Assembly (NCBI GenBank): GCA_041674285.1
Contig: JBAYVZ010000001.1
Span: 10,167 to 74,166 of the forward strand
Origin: Minisyncoccota bacterium
Lineage (GTDB): Bacteria > Patescibacteriota > Minisyncoccia > Phycocordibacterales > UBA9973
DNA: 64,000 nt
Reading direction: 5' to 3'
The notes beneath the pieces were generated by a model. The model made no database searches. It worked only from the letters and a program-made list of their open reading frames with translations, and had not been told where the DNA came from. Below are positions 44,857 to 55,207 of the stretch, piece after piece (within the stretch, counting starts at the first letter, position 1; every line of letters begins with the position of its first letter). Position numbers and translations under genes: made by a program.

Positions 44857-46272
44857 ATGAAGCTACTATCAAATATCATCAAGAACATAGAAGTCCTAGA
44901 AACACATGGCAATGTAGATGTATCTATTTCTGCTGTCTCGCTTTCAAATAAAGATATAGTAGAGAATTCACTCTTTGTGGCCATAAAAGGTCATATTACA
45001 GATGGGCACAATTTTATAGATGATGTGATATCAAAGGGTGCAAAGGTGATAGTGCACCAGGCGGATTTAGATCAATATAATCATGGAGTGGTTTATGTAA
45101 AAGTTCGCGACACAAAGGGGGCAGTCGGTATCATCGCGCACAATTTCTACAATCATCCATCTTTTAAATTAAAATTGGTTGGAGTCACTGGTACAAATGG
45201 CAAGACTACCGTAGCTACTCTTTCGCATAATCTATTTTCAAACTTGGGCTATAAGACTGGGCTCATCTCTACTGTCGCTGACAAGATTGGTGATCAAATC
45301 ATCGATTCCAAGAGAATCATACCTACTACTCCAGATGCGATCACTTTGAATAATATACTATCTACTATGGTGGATGCTGGTTGTGAATATTGTTTTATGG
45401 AAGTCTCATCCCATGCAGTAGCTGAAAAGAGAATCGCAGGTCTATCTTTTACTGGGGGTATATTTACAAACCTGACTCACGATCATCTCGATTATCATAA
45501 AGATTTTGAGAATTATCTGAATGCAAAAAAAGCTTTTTTCGACGGTCTGCATGATACTGCTTTTGCTCTTGCCAATATCGATGATGGAAGTGGAGAGGCA
45601 ATGCTCCTAGATACAAAAGCAAAAAAATATTTCTATGGTTTTAAAAAACCGGCATCTTTCGATTCAAAATTGGAATCCAGATTGATTGGCGATTTCAATA
45701 TGTATAATGTCCTCGCTGTGTATGGTGCGGCATCACTCCTAGGGATAGAGGACGACAGATTAATATCTGAGATAAAAAAGCTAGATCCAGTAGAAGGACG
45801 ATTTAATTATTTTAAATCAGACAGTGGTGTCACTGGCATCGTAGACTACGCACATACTCCGGATGCACTAGAGAATGCCTTGCAGACGACTCTGCGCCTT
45901 GCAGGAGATGAATCTACTGATAGTAGGGTCATCACTGTAGTCGGATGTGGTGGTGAGAGGGACAAGACAAAGCGCCCGATGATGGCTCAGATTGCATATG
46001 CGGATAGTGATGTTGTCATTCTGACTTCTGACAATCCACGCAGTGAAAAGATTGAGGATATACTCGCAGATATGCGCGCTGGACTACCCGAGGATGTAGA
46101 GGGTGTGTATGTCATATCCGATAGGCACGAGGCTATACAGAAAGCTTGCGAGATGTCTGTACCAGAGGACTATATATTGGTAGCTGGCAAGGGGCATGAA
46201 AAATATCAAGAGATAAATGGCGTGAAAAATCATTTTGACGATATGGAAGAATTAAAAAAATATTTAAAGTAA
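44857..46272 (+). CDS. murE: UDP-N-acetylmuramoyl-L-alanyl-D-glutamate--2,6-diaminopimelate ligase MurE
   Basis: VGVTGTNGKTT and the DNPR motif (LTSDNPRSE) diagnostic of meso-DAP-adding MurE; Mur ligase C-terminal domain. Confidence 0.88.
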   Translation: MKLLSNIIKNIEVLETHGNVDVSISAVSLSNKDIVENSLFVAIKGHITDGHNFIDDVISKGAKVIVHQADLDQYNHGVVYVKVRDTKGAVGIIAHNFYNHPSFKLKLVGVTGTNGKTTVATLSHNLFSNLGYKTGLISTVADKIGDQIIDSKRIIPTTPDAITLNNILSTMVDAGCEYCFMEVSSHAVAEKRIAGLSFTGGIFTNLTHDHLDYHKDFENYLNAKKAFFDGLHDTAFALANIDDGSGEAMLLDTKAKKYFYGFKKPASFDSKLESRLIGDFNMYNVLAVYGAASLLGIEDDRLISEIKKLDPVEGRFNYFKSDSGVTGIVDYAHTPDALENALQTTLRLAGDESTDSRVITVVGCGGERDKTKRPMMAQIAYADSDVVILTSDNPRSEKIEDILADMRAGLPEDVEGVYVISDRHEAIQKACEMSVPEDYILVAGKGHEKYQEINGVKNHFDDMEELKKYLK

Positions 46273-46275
46273 TAA

Positions 46276-46306
46276 AATAGCCGCAGGCGAAAGCCTGCGG
46301 TTTTTT
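46276..46306 (+). terminator. Intrinsic terminator after murE
   Basis: agccgcaggcgaaagcctgcggttttttttat. Confidence 0.75.
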
Positions 46307-46624
46307 TTATTGACATTTTGTTTTTTAAATGTGATGATTGTAAAAAATCCCAAACCTATGCCAAATAAAGAAACAGTTACTCCAGCTGAAAATGGAGATG
46401 CCAAGGTTCCTCATACAAAGATGGATGAGGGATATAATGAGAGAACTGAAAACATAGAAACTTGCACTCATCACAATGAAGAAGATGGGGTTCGCGGCGG
46501 AAAGTGTTCCGGTCAAGGTCGCCATGGTGGCCAATACCCAAGACAAGGAGATTAACCTCCTCTCAATTTTTTAAAAAAGAACAGCTCCCAGGGCTGTTTT
46601 CTTTTTGTTTAAAATACAGGGTTT

Positions 46625-47974
46625 TTGTGTTATAATGAGCTCTCAATGAAAAACTACAAGAATCTATTTAAGGACAAAAAAATAACGATTATGGGCTTAG
46701 GACTACTGGGGCGTGGACTCGGATATACCAAATTCCTAGCAGAGTGCGGTGCGGATTTGATAGTGACTGATCTAAAGAATTCTGATCAATTAGCAACTTC
46801 AGTAAAAGTCCTCTCGAAATTCCCAAATATAAAATTCGTATTAGGCGAGCATAGGCTCGAGGATTTTCGTGATAGGGATATGATAATAAAAAATCCAGGT
46901 ATTCCTATGGATTCTGTATATATTGCAGAGGCGAGGAAGAACAATATCCCGATAGAGATGGATGTATCACTCTTTGCAAAATGCGCACCCGGCGTAGAGA
47001 TCGTGGGAGTGACTGGTACTCGTGGTAAATCCATGACGACAAACTTGATATATGAGATATTGAAATCTCAAGAGAAATCTTTAAACAAGAGTGTATTCAT
47101 CGGTGGCAATGTACGCGGTGTAGCGACACTCCCACTCCTTTCAAAAGTAAAAGATGGCGATATTCTTGTAGCAGAGCTTGATTCATGGCAGCTCCAAGGT
47201 TTTGGTGATTCAAAATTATCTCCGCATATTTCTGTATTCACTAATTTTATGACTGACCATATGAATTACTATCGGGATAATATGGACCTATACTTTGCCG
47301 ACAAGGCCAATATTTTTAAATATCAAAAGGCGGGGGATACACTAGTGATCCGTCCGGGTATGAAGAAATTAATACCAAAGGATATAAAGAGTAAGCTCAT
47401 AGTGGTGAAGCCGAATACTGTAAAAGATTGGAAGTTTGCAGTACCCGGTGTACACCAGATGGAGAATATGGCCTGTGCTGTAGAAGTTGCGAAACTTTTT
47501 GGTATACCAGAGTCAAAAATCAAAAAAGCGGTAAAAGATTTTGGGGGTCTCGAAGGGCGACTTGAACTCGTAAAGAATGCTCGTGGTATCAAGATCTATA
47601 ATGACAACAATGCTACTACACCAGAGGCGACTATTTCTGGGCTGCAAGCTATCGGTGAAAAGAAAAATGTGATTTTGATTTGTGGTGGTAATGATAAGAA
47701 TATTCCAGTTATAGATTTTGTAAAAGCTATCAATAAATATTGTAAATTGGTAGTGACTATTCCGGGTACTGGCACTGATAAGTTATCAAGTGAAAAGTTG
47801 AAAGTTGAAAGTATAAAGACTGAAAATCTAAAGCAGGCATTTGATACTGCTACAAAATCCGCAAAAAGGGGAGACATCATTCTATTCTCTCCAGCCTTTT
47901 CTTCTTTTTCTCAATACAACAATGAATACGAGCGTAATGATGAATTTGTAAAATTAGTAAAGAAATTTAAATAA
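46625..47974 (+). CDS. murD: UDP-N-acetylmuramoylalanine--D-glutamate ligase MurD
   Basis: N-terminal Rossmann ITIMGLGLLGRGLGYTKFLAECGADLIVTD, GVTGTRGKS, Mur ligase layout. Confidence 0.85.
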   Translation: MCYNELSMKNYKNLFKDKKITIMGLGLLGRGLGYTKFLAECGADLIVTDLKNSDQLATSVKVLSKFPNIKFVLGEHRLEDFRDRDMIIKNPGIPMDSVYIAEARKNNIPIEMDVSLFAKCAPGVEIVGVTGTRGKSMTTNLIYEILKSQEKSLNKSVFIGGNVRGVATLPLLSKVKDGDILVAELDSWQLQGFGDSKLSPHISVFTNFMTDHMNYYRDNMDLYFADKANIFKYQKAGDTLVIRPGMKKLIPKDIKSKLIVVKPNTVKDWKFAVPGVHQMENMACAVEVAKLFGIPESKIKKAVKDFGGLEGRLELVKNARGIKIYNDNNATTPEATISGLQAIGEKKNVILICGGNDKNIPVIDFVKAINKYCKLVVTIPGTGTDKLSSEKLKVESIKTENLKQAFDTATKSAKRGDIILFSPAFSSFSQYNNEYERNDEFVKLVKKFK

Positions 47975-47975
47975 A

Positions 47976-48596
47976 ATGGATGAAGTCAATAAATACGCAA
48001 AGATAATATGGGATTATATGCTCATGCATCAAGATTTAAAACCGGTGGATGCTATTTTTGTCTTGGGTTCTACGGATTTACGTGTTGCTGAGAGGGCTGC
48101 ATATTTATATTTACAAGGTCATGCCCCGTTTATTATTTGTTCTGGTGGTTTTGGTAAAATTTCAAAATTTAATAGACCAGAAGCAGTTGAATTTTCGGAT
48201 GTTATTATAGAAATGGGGGTACCTGCTGATAAAATATTGATTGAAGATAAGGCTAGTAATACTGGAGAGAATATTTTATTTACTAAAAAAATATTAGAAG
48301 AAAAAAACATAAAATTAAACAGTATCATTGCAGTGCAAAAACCTTATATGGAAAGGAGAACTTTTGCTACGATTAAAAAACAGTGGCCAGAAATTGACTT
48401 GCTAGTAACATCACCGCTTGTATCATATGAAGAATGGGGTAATCAGGATTTTATTGAAGTGATGGTTGGTGACTTGGAGAGAATTAAAGAGTATCCTAAA
48501 TTGGGTTTCCAGATTGAACAGGATATTCCAGATGATGTGTGGCAAGCCCATGATGAACTTGTTAAATTAGGCTTTGATAAATATAAATTAAAATAA
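47976..48596 (+). CDS. YdcF/ElyC/SanA-like DUF218 protein
   Basis: DAIFVLGSTDLRVAERAAYLYLQGHAPFIICSGGFG matches the DUF218 core. Confidence 0.6.
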   Translation: MDEVNKYAKIIWDYMLMHQDLKPVDAIFVLGSTDLRVAERAAYLYLQGHAPFIICSGGFGKISKFNRPEAVEFSDVIIEMGVPADKILIEDKASNTGENILFTKKILEEKNIKLNSIIAVQKPYMERRTFATIKKQWPEIDLLVTSPLVSYEEWGNQDFIEVMVGDLERIKEYPKLGFQIEQDIPDDVWQAHDELVKLGFDKYKLK

Positions 48597-48597
48597 A

Positions 48598-49167
48598 ATG
48601 AAAACAGCAATAATAATACATGGGATGCCAAGTAAAGAAGAGTACTATGACGTAGATCGTCCGGCGTCTTCGAATTGTCATTGGCTACCTTGGATCCAAA
48701 AGCAATTTTTGCTAAAGGATATTGTCGCTCAGACACCAGAGATGCCTGTGCCGTATAATCCAGAATATTCTGCATGGAGTGGAATGCTAGAGCGGTTTCC
48801 ATTGGATCAGGATACTATTTTGATTGGTCACTCTTGCGGAGGTGGATTGATCTTGCGTTATCTTAGTGAAAATAATATAAAAGTAGGCAAGGTTGTCCTC
48901 GTCGCTCCATGGATCGATCCTGATAAATTTTTAGATACAGGAATTTTTGATTTTAATCTAGATGAAAATCTTGTAGACAAGACTGACGGTATAACTATTT
49001 TTTCTTCTACAAATGATATGAAAGAAGTACAGGACAGTATTGAAATAATAAAATCAAAAGTTAAAAATATAAAGATAGTCGAATTTAAAGACATGGGACA
49101 TTTCTGTTTTTCAGATATGGGCACAGATAAATTCCCTGAACTTTTAGCAGAATTAGATTTAAAATAA
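48598..49167 (+). CDS. Alpha/beta hydrolase (YdeN/RBBP9-like serine hydrolase)
   Basis: IIHGMPS...WLPWIQKQ...IGHSCGG (GxSxG) and overall PF06821-like layout. Confidence 0.55.
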   Translation: MKTAIIIHGMPSKEEYYDVDRPASSNCHWLPWIQKQFLLKDIVAQTPEMPVPYNPEYSAWSGMLERFPLDQDTILIGHSCGGGLILRYLSENNIKVGKVVLVAPWIDPDKFLDTGIFDFNLDENLVDKTDGITIFSSTNDMKEVQDSIEIIKSKVKNIKIVEFKDMGHFCFSDMGTDKFPELLAELDLK

Positions 49168-49853
49168 TGCAAAACGAAAAGCACATTGTAATATTTTCTC
49201 ATGGGTTCGGAGTCGCAAAAGATGACCGAGGGTTGCTCTCGGGCCCTATGGGTGTAGCTGAGATGCTACAGGAAAATGGCATTGAAACATTTTTATTTGA
49301 TTATAATAATGTTGACGTAGTGAACAATACTATTACTGCTACACCTCTGAGTATTCAGGCGCAAATGCTCTCAAAAAATATATCAGAAATTAGGGAGCAG
49401 AATCCTGACGCAATTATAGACATTATTGCTCATTCACAAGGTTGTCTAATACCAGCTATGGTTAAGCCTGCCAATATTCGTAAAATTATTTTTCTTGCAC
49501 CGTCTCTAGATGTTAACAATCAGAGAATGATAGATTTGTTTAAAAATCACCCAGATACAAAGATAAATACTGAAGGGGTTTCAGTTCTTGGTCGTCGAGA
49601 TGGCACGATAACCTTTGTTCCCAGCCTGTATTGGGGTGAAAGAGAAAAAACAGTACCGATCCCTCTTTACAATGCGCTTGCAGAAAATACAGAAATTACA
49701 ATTATTAAAGCTAGTGACGATAATGTATTGGGTGATTTGAAAATAGATGGCCTGTCAGATAAGATAAAATTTACAAGCTTGCCTGGAGATCATCAATTCA
49801 ATGGGGAAAGTCGTGCCGGCCTATTGGAAAAAATTAAAGAAATAATCTTATGA
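49167..49853 (+). CDS. Alpha/beta hydrolase (lipase/esterase-like)
   Basis: Nucleophile elbow IIAHSQGC; 228 aa. Confidence 0.5.
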   Translation: MQNEKHIVIFSHGFGVAKDDRGLLSGPMGVAEMLQENGIETFLFDYNNVDVVNNTITATPLSIQAQMLSKNISEIREQNPDAIIDIIAHSQGCLIPAMVKPANIRKIIFLAPSLDVNNQRMIDLFKNHPDTKINTEGVSVLGRRDGTITFVPSLYWGEREKTVPIPLYNALAENTEITIIKASDDNVLGDLKIDGLSDKIKFTSLPGDHQFNGESRAGLLEKIKEIIL

Positions 49854-50476
49854 AATTAATTTTAGCTTCAGATTTTAGTTTTCTTTTGAAATACGGTTAT
49901 GATGCCGTAGGTATTTCAAAGGATCAAATGAAAATCGGCTGGGTCACTACTGCGTCAAAGGGTGAAAAGGATAGTAGTTTTATTGCTTCAACAAGAAATA
50001 CTTTAGTAAATGAGAAATATAATTTTGAGGAATTTGATATAGAGGGCAAGACAAGTGAGGAGATTAGAAATTTTTTTAAAGATAAAAATGTAGTTCATAT
50101 AGAAAGTGGTAATACTTTTTATTTATTGAGAGTAATTCGAGAAACTGGTTTTGCGGACATTTTAAAGGAATTAATAAATGAGGGACGTGTGTATATTGGC
50201 AGTAGCGCAGGTGCATATATAATGTGTCCAAGTGTTGTAGTGTCTGACTGGAATGATTCGAGTGTGGATCGTTTTGGCGTTACTGATTTTACTGCTCTTG
50301 GTTATGTTCCTTTTGTTTTAAGAGTTCATTATAGGGAAAATAGAGAAGATTTTATTCGTGAAAGAATGAAGACTTTAGAGTATCCTTTTAGAATTTTGAG
50401 AGATGGACAAGGTATAATAGTCGAAGATGGTAAATATACTTTTATGGGTGATGGTGAAGAAGTAATTTTAAAATAA
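49850..50476 (+). CDS. Peptidase S51 family (dipeptidase E/cyanophycinase-like)
   Basis: VHIESGNTFYLLRVIRETGFADILKEL...YIGSSAGAYIMCP with catalytic Ser in GSSAG. Confidence 0.6.
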   Translation: MKLILASDFSFLLKYGYDAVGISKDQMKIGWVTTASKGEKDSSFIASTRNTLVNEKYNFEEFDIEGKTSEEIRNFFKDKNVVHIESGNTFYLLRVIRETGFADILKELINEGRVYIGSSAGAYIMCPSVVVSDWNDSSVDRFGVTDFTALGYVPFVLRVHYRENREDFIRERMKTLEYPFRILRDGQGIIVEDGKYTFMGDGEEVILK

Positions 50477-50547
50477 TACCTGTCCCGTAGTAAATTTTTG
50501 ATTACGGGATATAATGATAAAATTAACAGTTAAAATTTAGTATCGGG

Positions 50548-51855
50548 ATGAACATCGACTTATCAAAAATTAAACATGTGCACTTTATAGGAATAGGCGG
50601 GATTGGTATCTCGGCTATTGCTCGTATGATGGTATCTATGGGAAAGAAGGTTTCAGGTCAAGACGTGCACGAGTCAAATATAACAGCTGACTTATCTTCT
50701 CTCGGTGCGGATATTGTTCTAGGGCAATCTATGGAAAATATTCCCGCAGATGCAGATCTCGTAGTCTATACCATTGCTATCGAATACTACGATGAAAAGT
50801 TTTTCTCTGAATTAAAATTCCAAGATATTCCTATACGTTCATATCCGCAAATGCTAGGCGAGATATCAAGAGATCAGTACACGATAGCCGTCACTGGTAC
50901 TCATGGCAAGACCACGACTACGGGTATGACCGCCCAGATATTCAGAGACCTGGAGAGGGATCCGACAGTCGTCGTGGGTAGTCTACTGTCTGACGGGACA
51001 AATTTTGTATACGGCCACAGTGGGATATTTATCGCAGAGTCTTGCGAGTACCGTCGCTCGTTTTTGAATATGAGTCCAAAGATTTTGGTGATTACAAATG
51101 TAGATGAAGATCACCTAGACTACTACCGAGATATCGAAGATATAAAAAGTGCTTTCCATGAGTTGGCTATGAAGGTCCCCGAAGATGGATTTATAGTATG
51201 TGATCCAAACGACAACAATATCCCAGATATCATCGCTGATACAAAAGCTACTATTGTAAACTATCAAGATTTTTACGAAGCTGATTTAAAATTGAAAATC
51301 CCTGGTATACACAACAAGAAAAATGCAGCATGTGCGGTGGCCGTGGCTACATGCCTGGGTATAACAGAGGATGATGCTAGGGGTGCAGTGGTGAATTTCT
51401 CTGGTACATGGAGACGATTCCAATACAAAGGCAAGCTTGATAGTGGTGCTATCGTATACGATGACTACGCCCACCATCCTACAGAGATAAAGGCCAGTCT
51501 CCAAGGTTTTCGCGAATTGTATCCTGCAGAGGATGGATACCGTTTGACTATTGTATTCCAGCCACATCTATATAGCCGTACAAAATCATTGCTAGCAGAT
51601 TTTGCTACGAGTTTTGTATCTGCAGACAATGTGCTCTTCCTGCCTATATATGCAGCTCGTGAGGTAGATGATGGAACTGTATCTTCAAAAATTTTATCAG
51701 AAGAGGTAAATAAGCATAAAAATAATTCTGCATCATTCCCTGACTTTGATAGTGCATTCGAGACTCTCAGCATGATGGGGCTACACGACAAGGATATCAT
51801 CATCACACTAGGTGCAGGGGATGCATTACTGATTGGAGACCGTCTACTCGCGTGA
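50548..51855 (+). CDS. murC: UDP-N-acetylmuramate--L-alanine ligase MurC
   Basis: VHFIGIGGIGISAIARMM, AVTGTHGKTTTT, Mur ligase middle and C-terminal domains. Confidence 0.88.
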   Translation: MNIDLSKIKHVHFIGIGGIGISAIARMMVSMGKKVSGQDVHESNITADLSSLGADIVLGQSMENIPADADLVVYTIAIEYYDEKFFSELKFQDIPIRSYPQMLGEISRDQYTIAVTGTHGKTTTTGMTAQIFRDLERDPTVVVGSLLSDGTNFVYGHSGIFIAESCEYRRSFLNMSPKILVITNVDEDHLDYYRDIEDIKSAFHELAMKVPEDGFIVCDPNDNNIPDIIADTKATIVNYQDFYEADLKLKIPGIHNKKNAACAVAVATCLGITEDDARGAVVNFSGTWRRFQYKGKLDSGAIVYDDYAHHPTEIKASLQGFRELYPAEDGYRLTIVFQPHLYSRTKSLLADFATSFVSADNVLFLPIYAAREVDDGTVSSKILSEEVNKHKNNSASFPDFDSAFETLSMMGLHDKDIIITLGAGDALLIGDRLLA

Positions 51856-51868
51856 TACAATATAAACA

Positions 51869-52705
51869 ATGAAATATAAAATATTTATTTTAATTATTTT
51901 TACTTTTTTCTGTGGGCATGTATATGCCGCCGATGTGGCAAATACTGGATTCATTCCTGGGCAGATTTGGTATTCCGAGAATCCTCTCGTAGAGGGTCAG
52001 ACTGTAAAGATTTATACTGCAGTGTGGAATGGAGACAATTATCCTCTAGAGGCCAATGTAGAATTCTACGACAAGAATGTGATACTCGGCACTAGGACTA
52101 TATCTGTACCCAAAGATACCATCCAAAATGTATCTATTTCATGGAAGGTGACAGCTGGGGACCACGTCATCTCTGCAAAGATACTATCTTCCAAGATTAT
52201 CGAATCTGGTAAATCTTCCCCCGTAGTTCTAGAGAGGAATACTACAGAAGAGGATCGTAAATTTGTTTCTAAATTGATAGAGCAGATAGATGGTACTCCT
52301 GTATCGAGTACTGATGCATTGAAAAATAAACTCGACGAGACAAAAGCAAACCTGTCTGATATCCTACCAGAATCTTTTGCTACTCCAATATCAAATTCTC
52401 TGTCTTCTGTGGATACTTTTCGTGACGAGACTTATACAAAGATAACTGTATCAAAAGACGAGACCCAAAAAGAGATTGATTCTCTTGATAATAAAAACAC
52501 AGTAAAGGGGACGACTGTTTCTGATAATAAAAAAGCTGAAAAGAAGAGTCTGGGTGGCGCAGACAAGCCCATCGCCTATGTAAAATTATTTTTCTTGGCT
52601 ATTGCCTCATTTATCTTCGGCACACCTTTTGTATTTTATCTAGTTATCGCTTTTATTGTATTTTTGATAATTAGATCTATATACAGGAAGCTCAGTTTTA
52701 GCTAA
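51869..52705 (+). CDS. Hypothetical secreted protein with C-terminal TM anchor
   Basis: Signal peptide, beta-rich N-domain, C-terminal hydrophobic segment. Confidence 0.4.
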   Translation: MKYKIFILIIFTFFCGHVYAADVANTGFIPGQIWYSENPLVEGQTVKIYTAVWNGDNYPLEANVEFYDKNVILGTRTISVPKDTIQNVSISWKVTAGDHVISAKILSSKIIESGKSSPVVLERNTTEEDRKFVSKLIEQIDGTPVSSTDALKNKLDETKANLSDILPESFATPISNSLSSVDTFRDETYTKITVSKDETQKEIDSLDNKNTVKGTTVSDNKKAEKKSLGGADKPIAYVKLFFLAIASFIFGTPFVFYLVIAFIVFLIIRSIYRKLSFS

Positions 52706-52724
52706 TTTTGGTTAAAACCCCCTT

Positions 52725-53000
52725 GTGTCGTATAATATCAAAATGCAAAGAGTTGTATTTTCTCTGGTTTTGATTGTGTTATTTTTCCTACTACCTTGGT
52801 ACTTGGTGGCACTATTCACACTAGCGGGACTATTTTTATTTGATGATTATTATGAATTTTTTTTAATCAGTATACTGATATATAGTATCTACACACCTGT
52901 GTATTATTTTATAACACCATTCATATTTTCTATTTCGATTTTGATTATTTTCTTTGGTCTTAATTATTTAAAAAAATATATAATTTTATATCAAAAATGA
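52725..53000 (+). CDS. Hypothetical small membrane protein
   Basis: 3 predicted TM helices; 91 aa; overlaps the next gene by 4 nt. Confidence 0.3.
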   Translation: MSYNIKMQRVVFSLVLIVLFFLLPWYLVALFTLAGLFLFDDYYEFFLISILIYSIYTPVYYFITPFIFSISILIIFFGLNYLKKYIILYQK

Positions 53001-54694
53001 AATTTAGATTTTATCGCCATAAATACAGAGATATAGAGATCGCCCCAGACGAGATTTTTCTTGATTCAAAAAATTTACCGAATTTCAATACTCAGCAGTT
53101 CGAGGGGCGTATTGAAAAGCCAATAAGTAAAAACGTTGTGGTGTTGCTGGGGATATTTTTCCTGTTTTTTGGTGGCACTTTCGTATGGAAGCTAGGAGCA
53201 CTGCAGATTCATCAGGGTGAAGCCTATTTAAAAAGAAGTGAAAACAATACTCTGTCGAAACAACCAATATTCGCAGACAGAGGTCTGATCTATGACAGAA
53301 ATGGCAAGTTGCTGGCTTGGAATACCTGGGATATACAGGGCGGTAAATTTGAAGCTCCGACTCGGACTTATATATCTCTATCTGGATTCGCTCATGCGTT
53401 AGGTTATGTTAGTGCCCCAGCTAAAGATTCAAAAGGTACCTACTGGCAAGATCGTTTCATTGGTAAGGATGGAGTAGAGAAATTCTATGACATGCGACTC
53501 CAAGGTAAAAATGGTGTACGCATAACCGAGACAAATGTAAAAGGTGTAGTTCAATCTGAGAACATAGTCTCTCCTCCTTCGCCTGGGGATGCCCTCTATT
53601 TATCTGTGGATGCTGATATACAAAATAAATTATATTCTTATATAGCAGATATGGCCCATAGTGTAGGGTTCTCTGGTGGTGCTGGGGTTTTGATGGATAT
53701 TAATAGTGGAGAAGTAATAGCTCTGACTAGTTATCCAGAATATAATCCAGCGGTCCTGTCTCTAGGTAAAGACAAGCAAGTGATCAATGGATACCTTACA
53801 GATAATCGCAAGGTTTTTCTTAATCGAGCGGTAAATGGATTGTATACTCCGGGTTCAATAGTAAAACCTTTTGTCGGGTACGGTGCTCTCGTTGAAAATG
53901 TGATAAGTCCATTCAAAGTCATATTATCCAATGGTTCCATCGAGATACCTAATCCATATTTTCCAGAGAAAAAATCAGTATTTAAAGACCACGGAGTTTT
54001 CGGGTATGTGGACATGAAAAAGGCGATAGCCGTATCTTCTGACGTATATTTCTATGCTATCGGTGGCGGATTCAAAGATCAAAAGGGTCTCGGTATAGTA
54101 AAGATAGATGATTATACTCAAATGTTTGGAATAGCAAAAAAGACTGGCATAGATTTGTCTAATGAAAAAGAGGGGAGCATACCTACTCCAGAATGGAAGA
54201 TAAAAACATTCAAGGGTGATCCGTGGAGAGTGGGAGACACATACAATACCTCTATCGGTCAGTATGGATTCCAAGTCACACCTATTCAGATGGTGCGTGC
54301 TACTGCTTCGCTCGTGAATGGTGGTAATCTTGTCACTCCACATCTACTGCATAATGACAAAGATATGGAAAATAAAAAAAGCACCATAAAAATAGATGAA
54401 GAGAAGATGAAATATATTCGCGAGGGTATGCGTATGGCTGTGACAGAGGGAACTGCTATGTCATTGAATCTTGCAAATGTAAAAGTCGCTGCAAAATCTG
54501 GTACAGCCCAGGTCGGTCTAGGCAACACAAATACAAACTCGTGGATCATAGGATTTTTCCCTTATGAGAATCCAAAATACGCTTTTGTTGTGATGATGGA
54601 GCGTGGACCAAAAGCTGCCAGTGGCAATGCTACGCGTGTAGCTAGTCAGATGATCGACTATATGTCTGTTTACAAGCCCGAATATTTCAAATAA
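52997..54694 (+). CDS. Penicillin-binding protein 2 (class B transpeptidase, MrdA/FtsI type)
   Basis: N-terminal TM anchor, dimerisation domain, transpeptidase motifs SIVK (SxxK), SSD (SxN) and KSGTA (KTG). Confidence 0.85.
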   Translation: MKFRFYRHKYRDIEIAPDEIFLDSKNLPNFNTQQFEGRIEKPISKNVVVLLGIFFLFFGGTFVWKLGALQIHQGEAYLKRSENNTLSKQPIFADRGLIYDRNGKLLAWNTWDIQGGKFEAPTRTYISLSGFAHALGYVSAPAKDSKGTYWQDRFIGKDGVEKFYDMRLQGKNGVRITETNVKGVVQSENIVSPPSPGDALYLSVDADIQNKLYSYIADMAHSVGFSGGAGVLMDINSGEVIALTSYPEYNPAVLSLGKDKQVINGYLTDNRKVFLNRAVNGLYTPGSIVKPFVGYGALVENVISPFKVILSNGSIEIPNPYFPEKKSVFKDHGVFGYVDMKKAIAVSSDVYFYAIGGGFKDQKGLGIVKIDDYTQMFGIAKKTGIDLSNEKEGSIPTPEWKIKTFKGDPWRVGDTYNTSIGQYGFQVTPIQMVRATASLVNGGNLVTPHLLHNDKDMENKKSTIKIDEEKMKYIREGMRMAVTEGTAMSLNLANVKVAAKSGTAQVGLGNTNTNSWIIGFFPYENPKYAFVVMMERGPKAASGNATRVASQMIDYMSVYKPEYFK

Positions 54695-54720
54695 ATTATC
54701 TTTACTTATAACCTCTAAAA

Positions 54721-55203
54721 ATGTATAATGACCCAATCATGAATGAAACAAATTATATAACTGAAGACAAAAAAGACTTATTAATAGATGAACTTCACTA
54801 CCTGAAGACTGTTCGTCGCAAGGAGATATTAGAGGCCCTAGAAGCAGCAAAGGCACTAGGTGACCTATCTGAGAATGCAGAGTATCACCAGGCTCGTGAG
54901 GACCAAGGCAAGACTGAAGATCGTATTAATCAGATCGATCATATGCTGAATTCTGCTGTAGTCGTAAAAAAGCATCACAGCAATCAGGTAGAGATCGGCA
55001 CAACAGTACACGTCAAAAAAGATGGTTCAAAGGATGGAGTGAAATACAGTATCGTAGGAGCAGAAGAAGCTGATATGATGCACAATAAAATCTCAAACAA
55101 ATCACCACTTGGTGCTGCACTATTTGGCAAGAAAAAGGGTGATGTAGTCACTATCAATACACCAAAAGGAGCTTCCAAATATACTATACTTGATATAGAA
55201 TAG
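54721..55203 (+). CDS. greA: Transcription elongation factor GreA
   Basis: N-terminal coiled coil (LKTVRRKEILEALEAAKALGDLSENAEYHQARE) and C-terminal FKBP-like domain; 160 aa. Confidence 0.85.
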   Translation: MYNDPIMNETNYITEDKKDLLIDELHYLKTVRRKEILEALEAAKALGDLSENAEYHQAREDQGKTEDRINQIDHMLNSAVVVKKHHSNQVEIGTTVHVKKDGSKDGVKYSIVGAEEADMMHNKISNKSPLGAALFGKKKGDVVTINTPKGASKYTILDIE

Positions 55204-55207
55204 AATT

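Noticed and set aside
46310-46555. 81-aa ORF between murE and murD
   Set aside because: Low-complexity His/Gly/Glu-rich, overlapped by an opposite-strand ORF of similar size; coding status uncertain, so not listed as a feature.
50477-50547. Third copy of the hairpin mini-element (gtcccgtagtaaatttttgattacggg) before murC
   Set aside because: It shares only the cccgtag hairpin start, lacks the attaccacttc motif and has no flanking gene-end duplication; more simply a terminator for the S51 peptidase gene.
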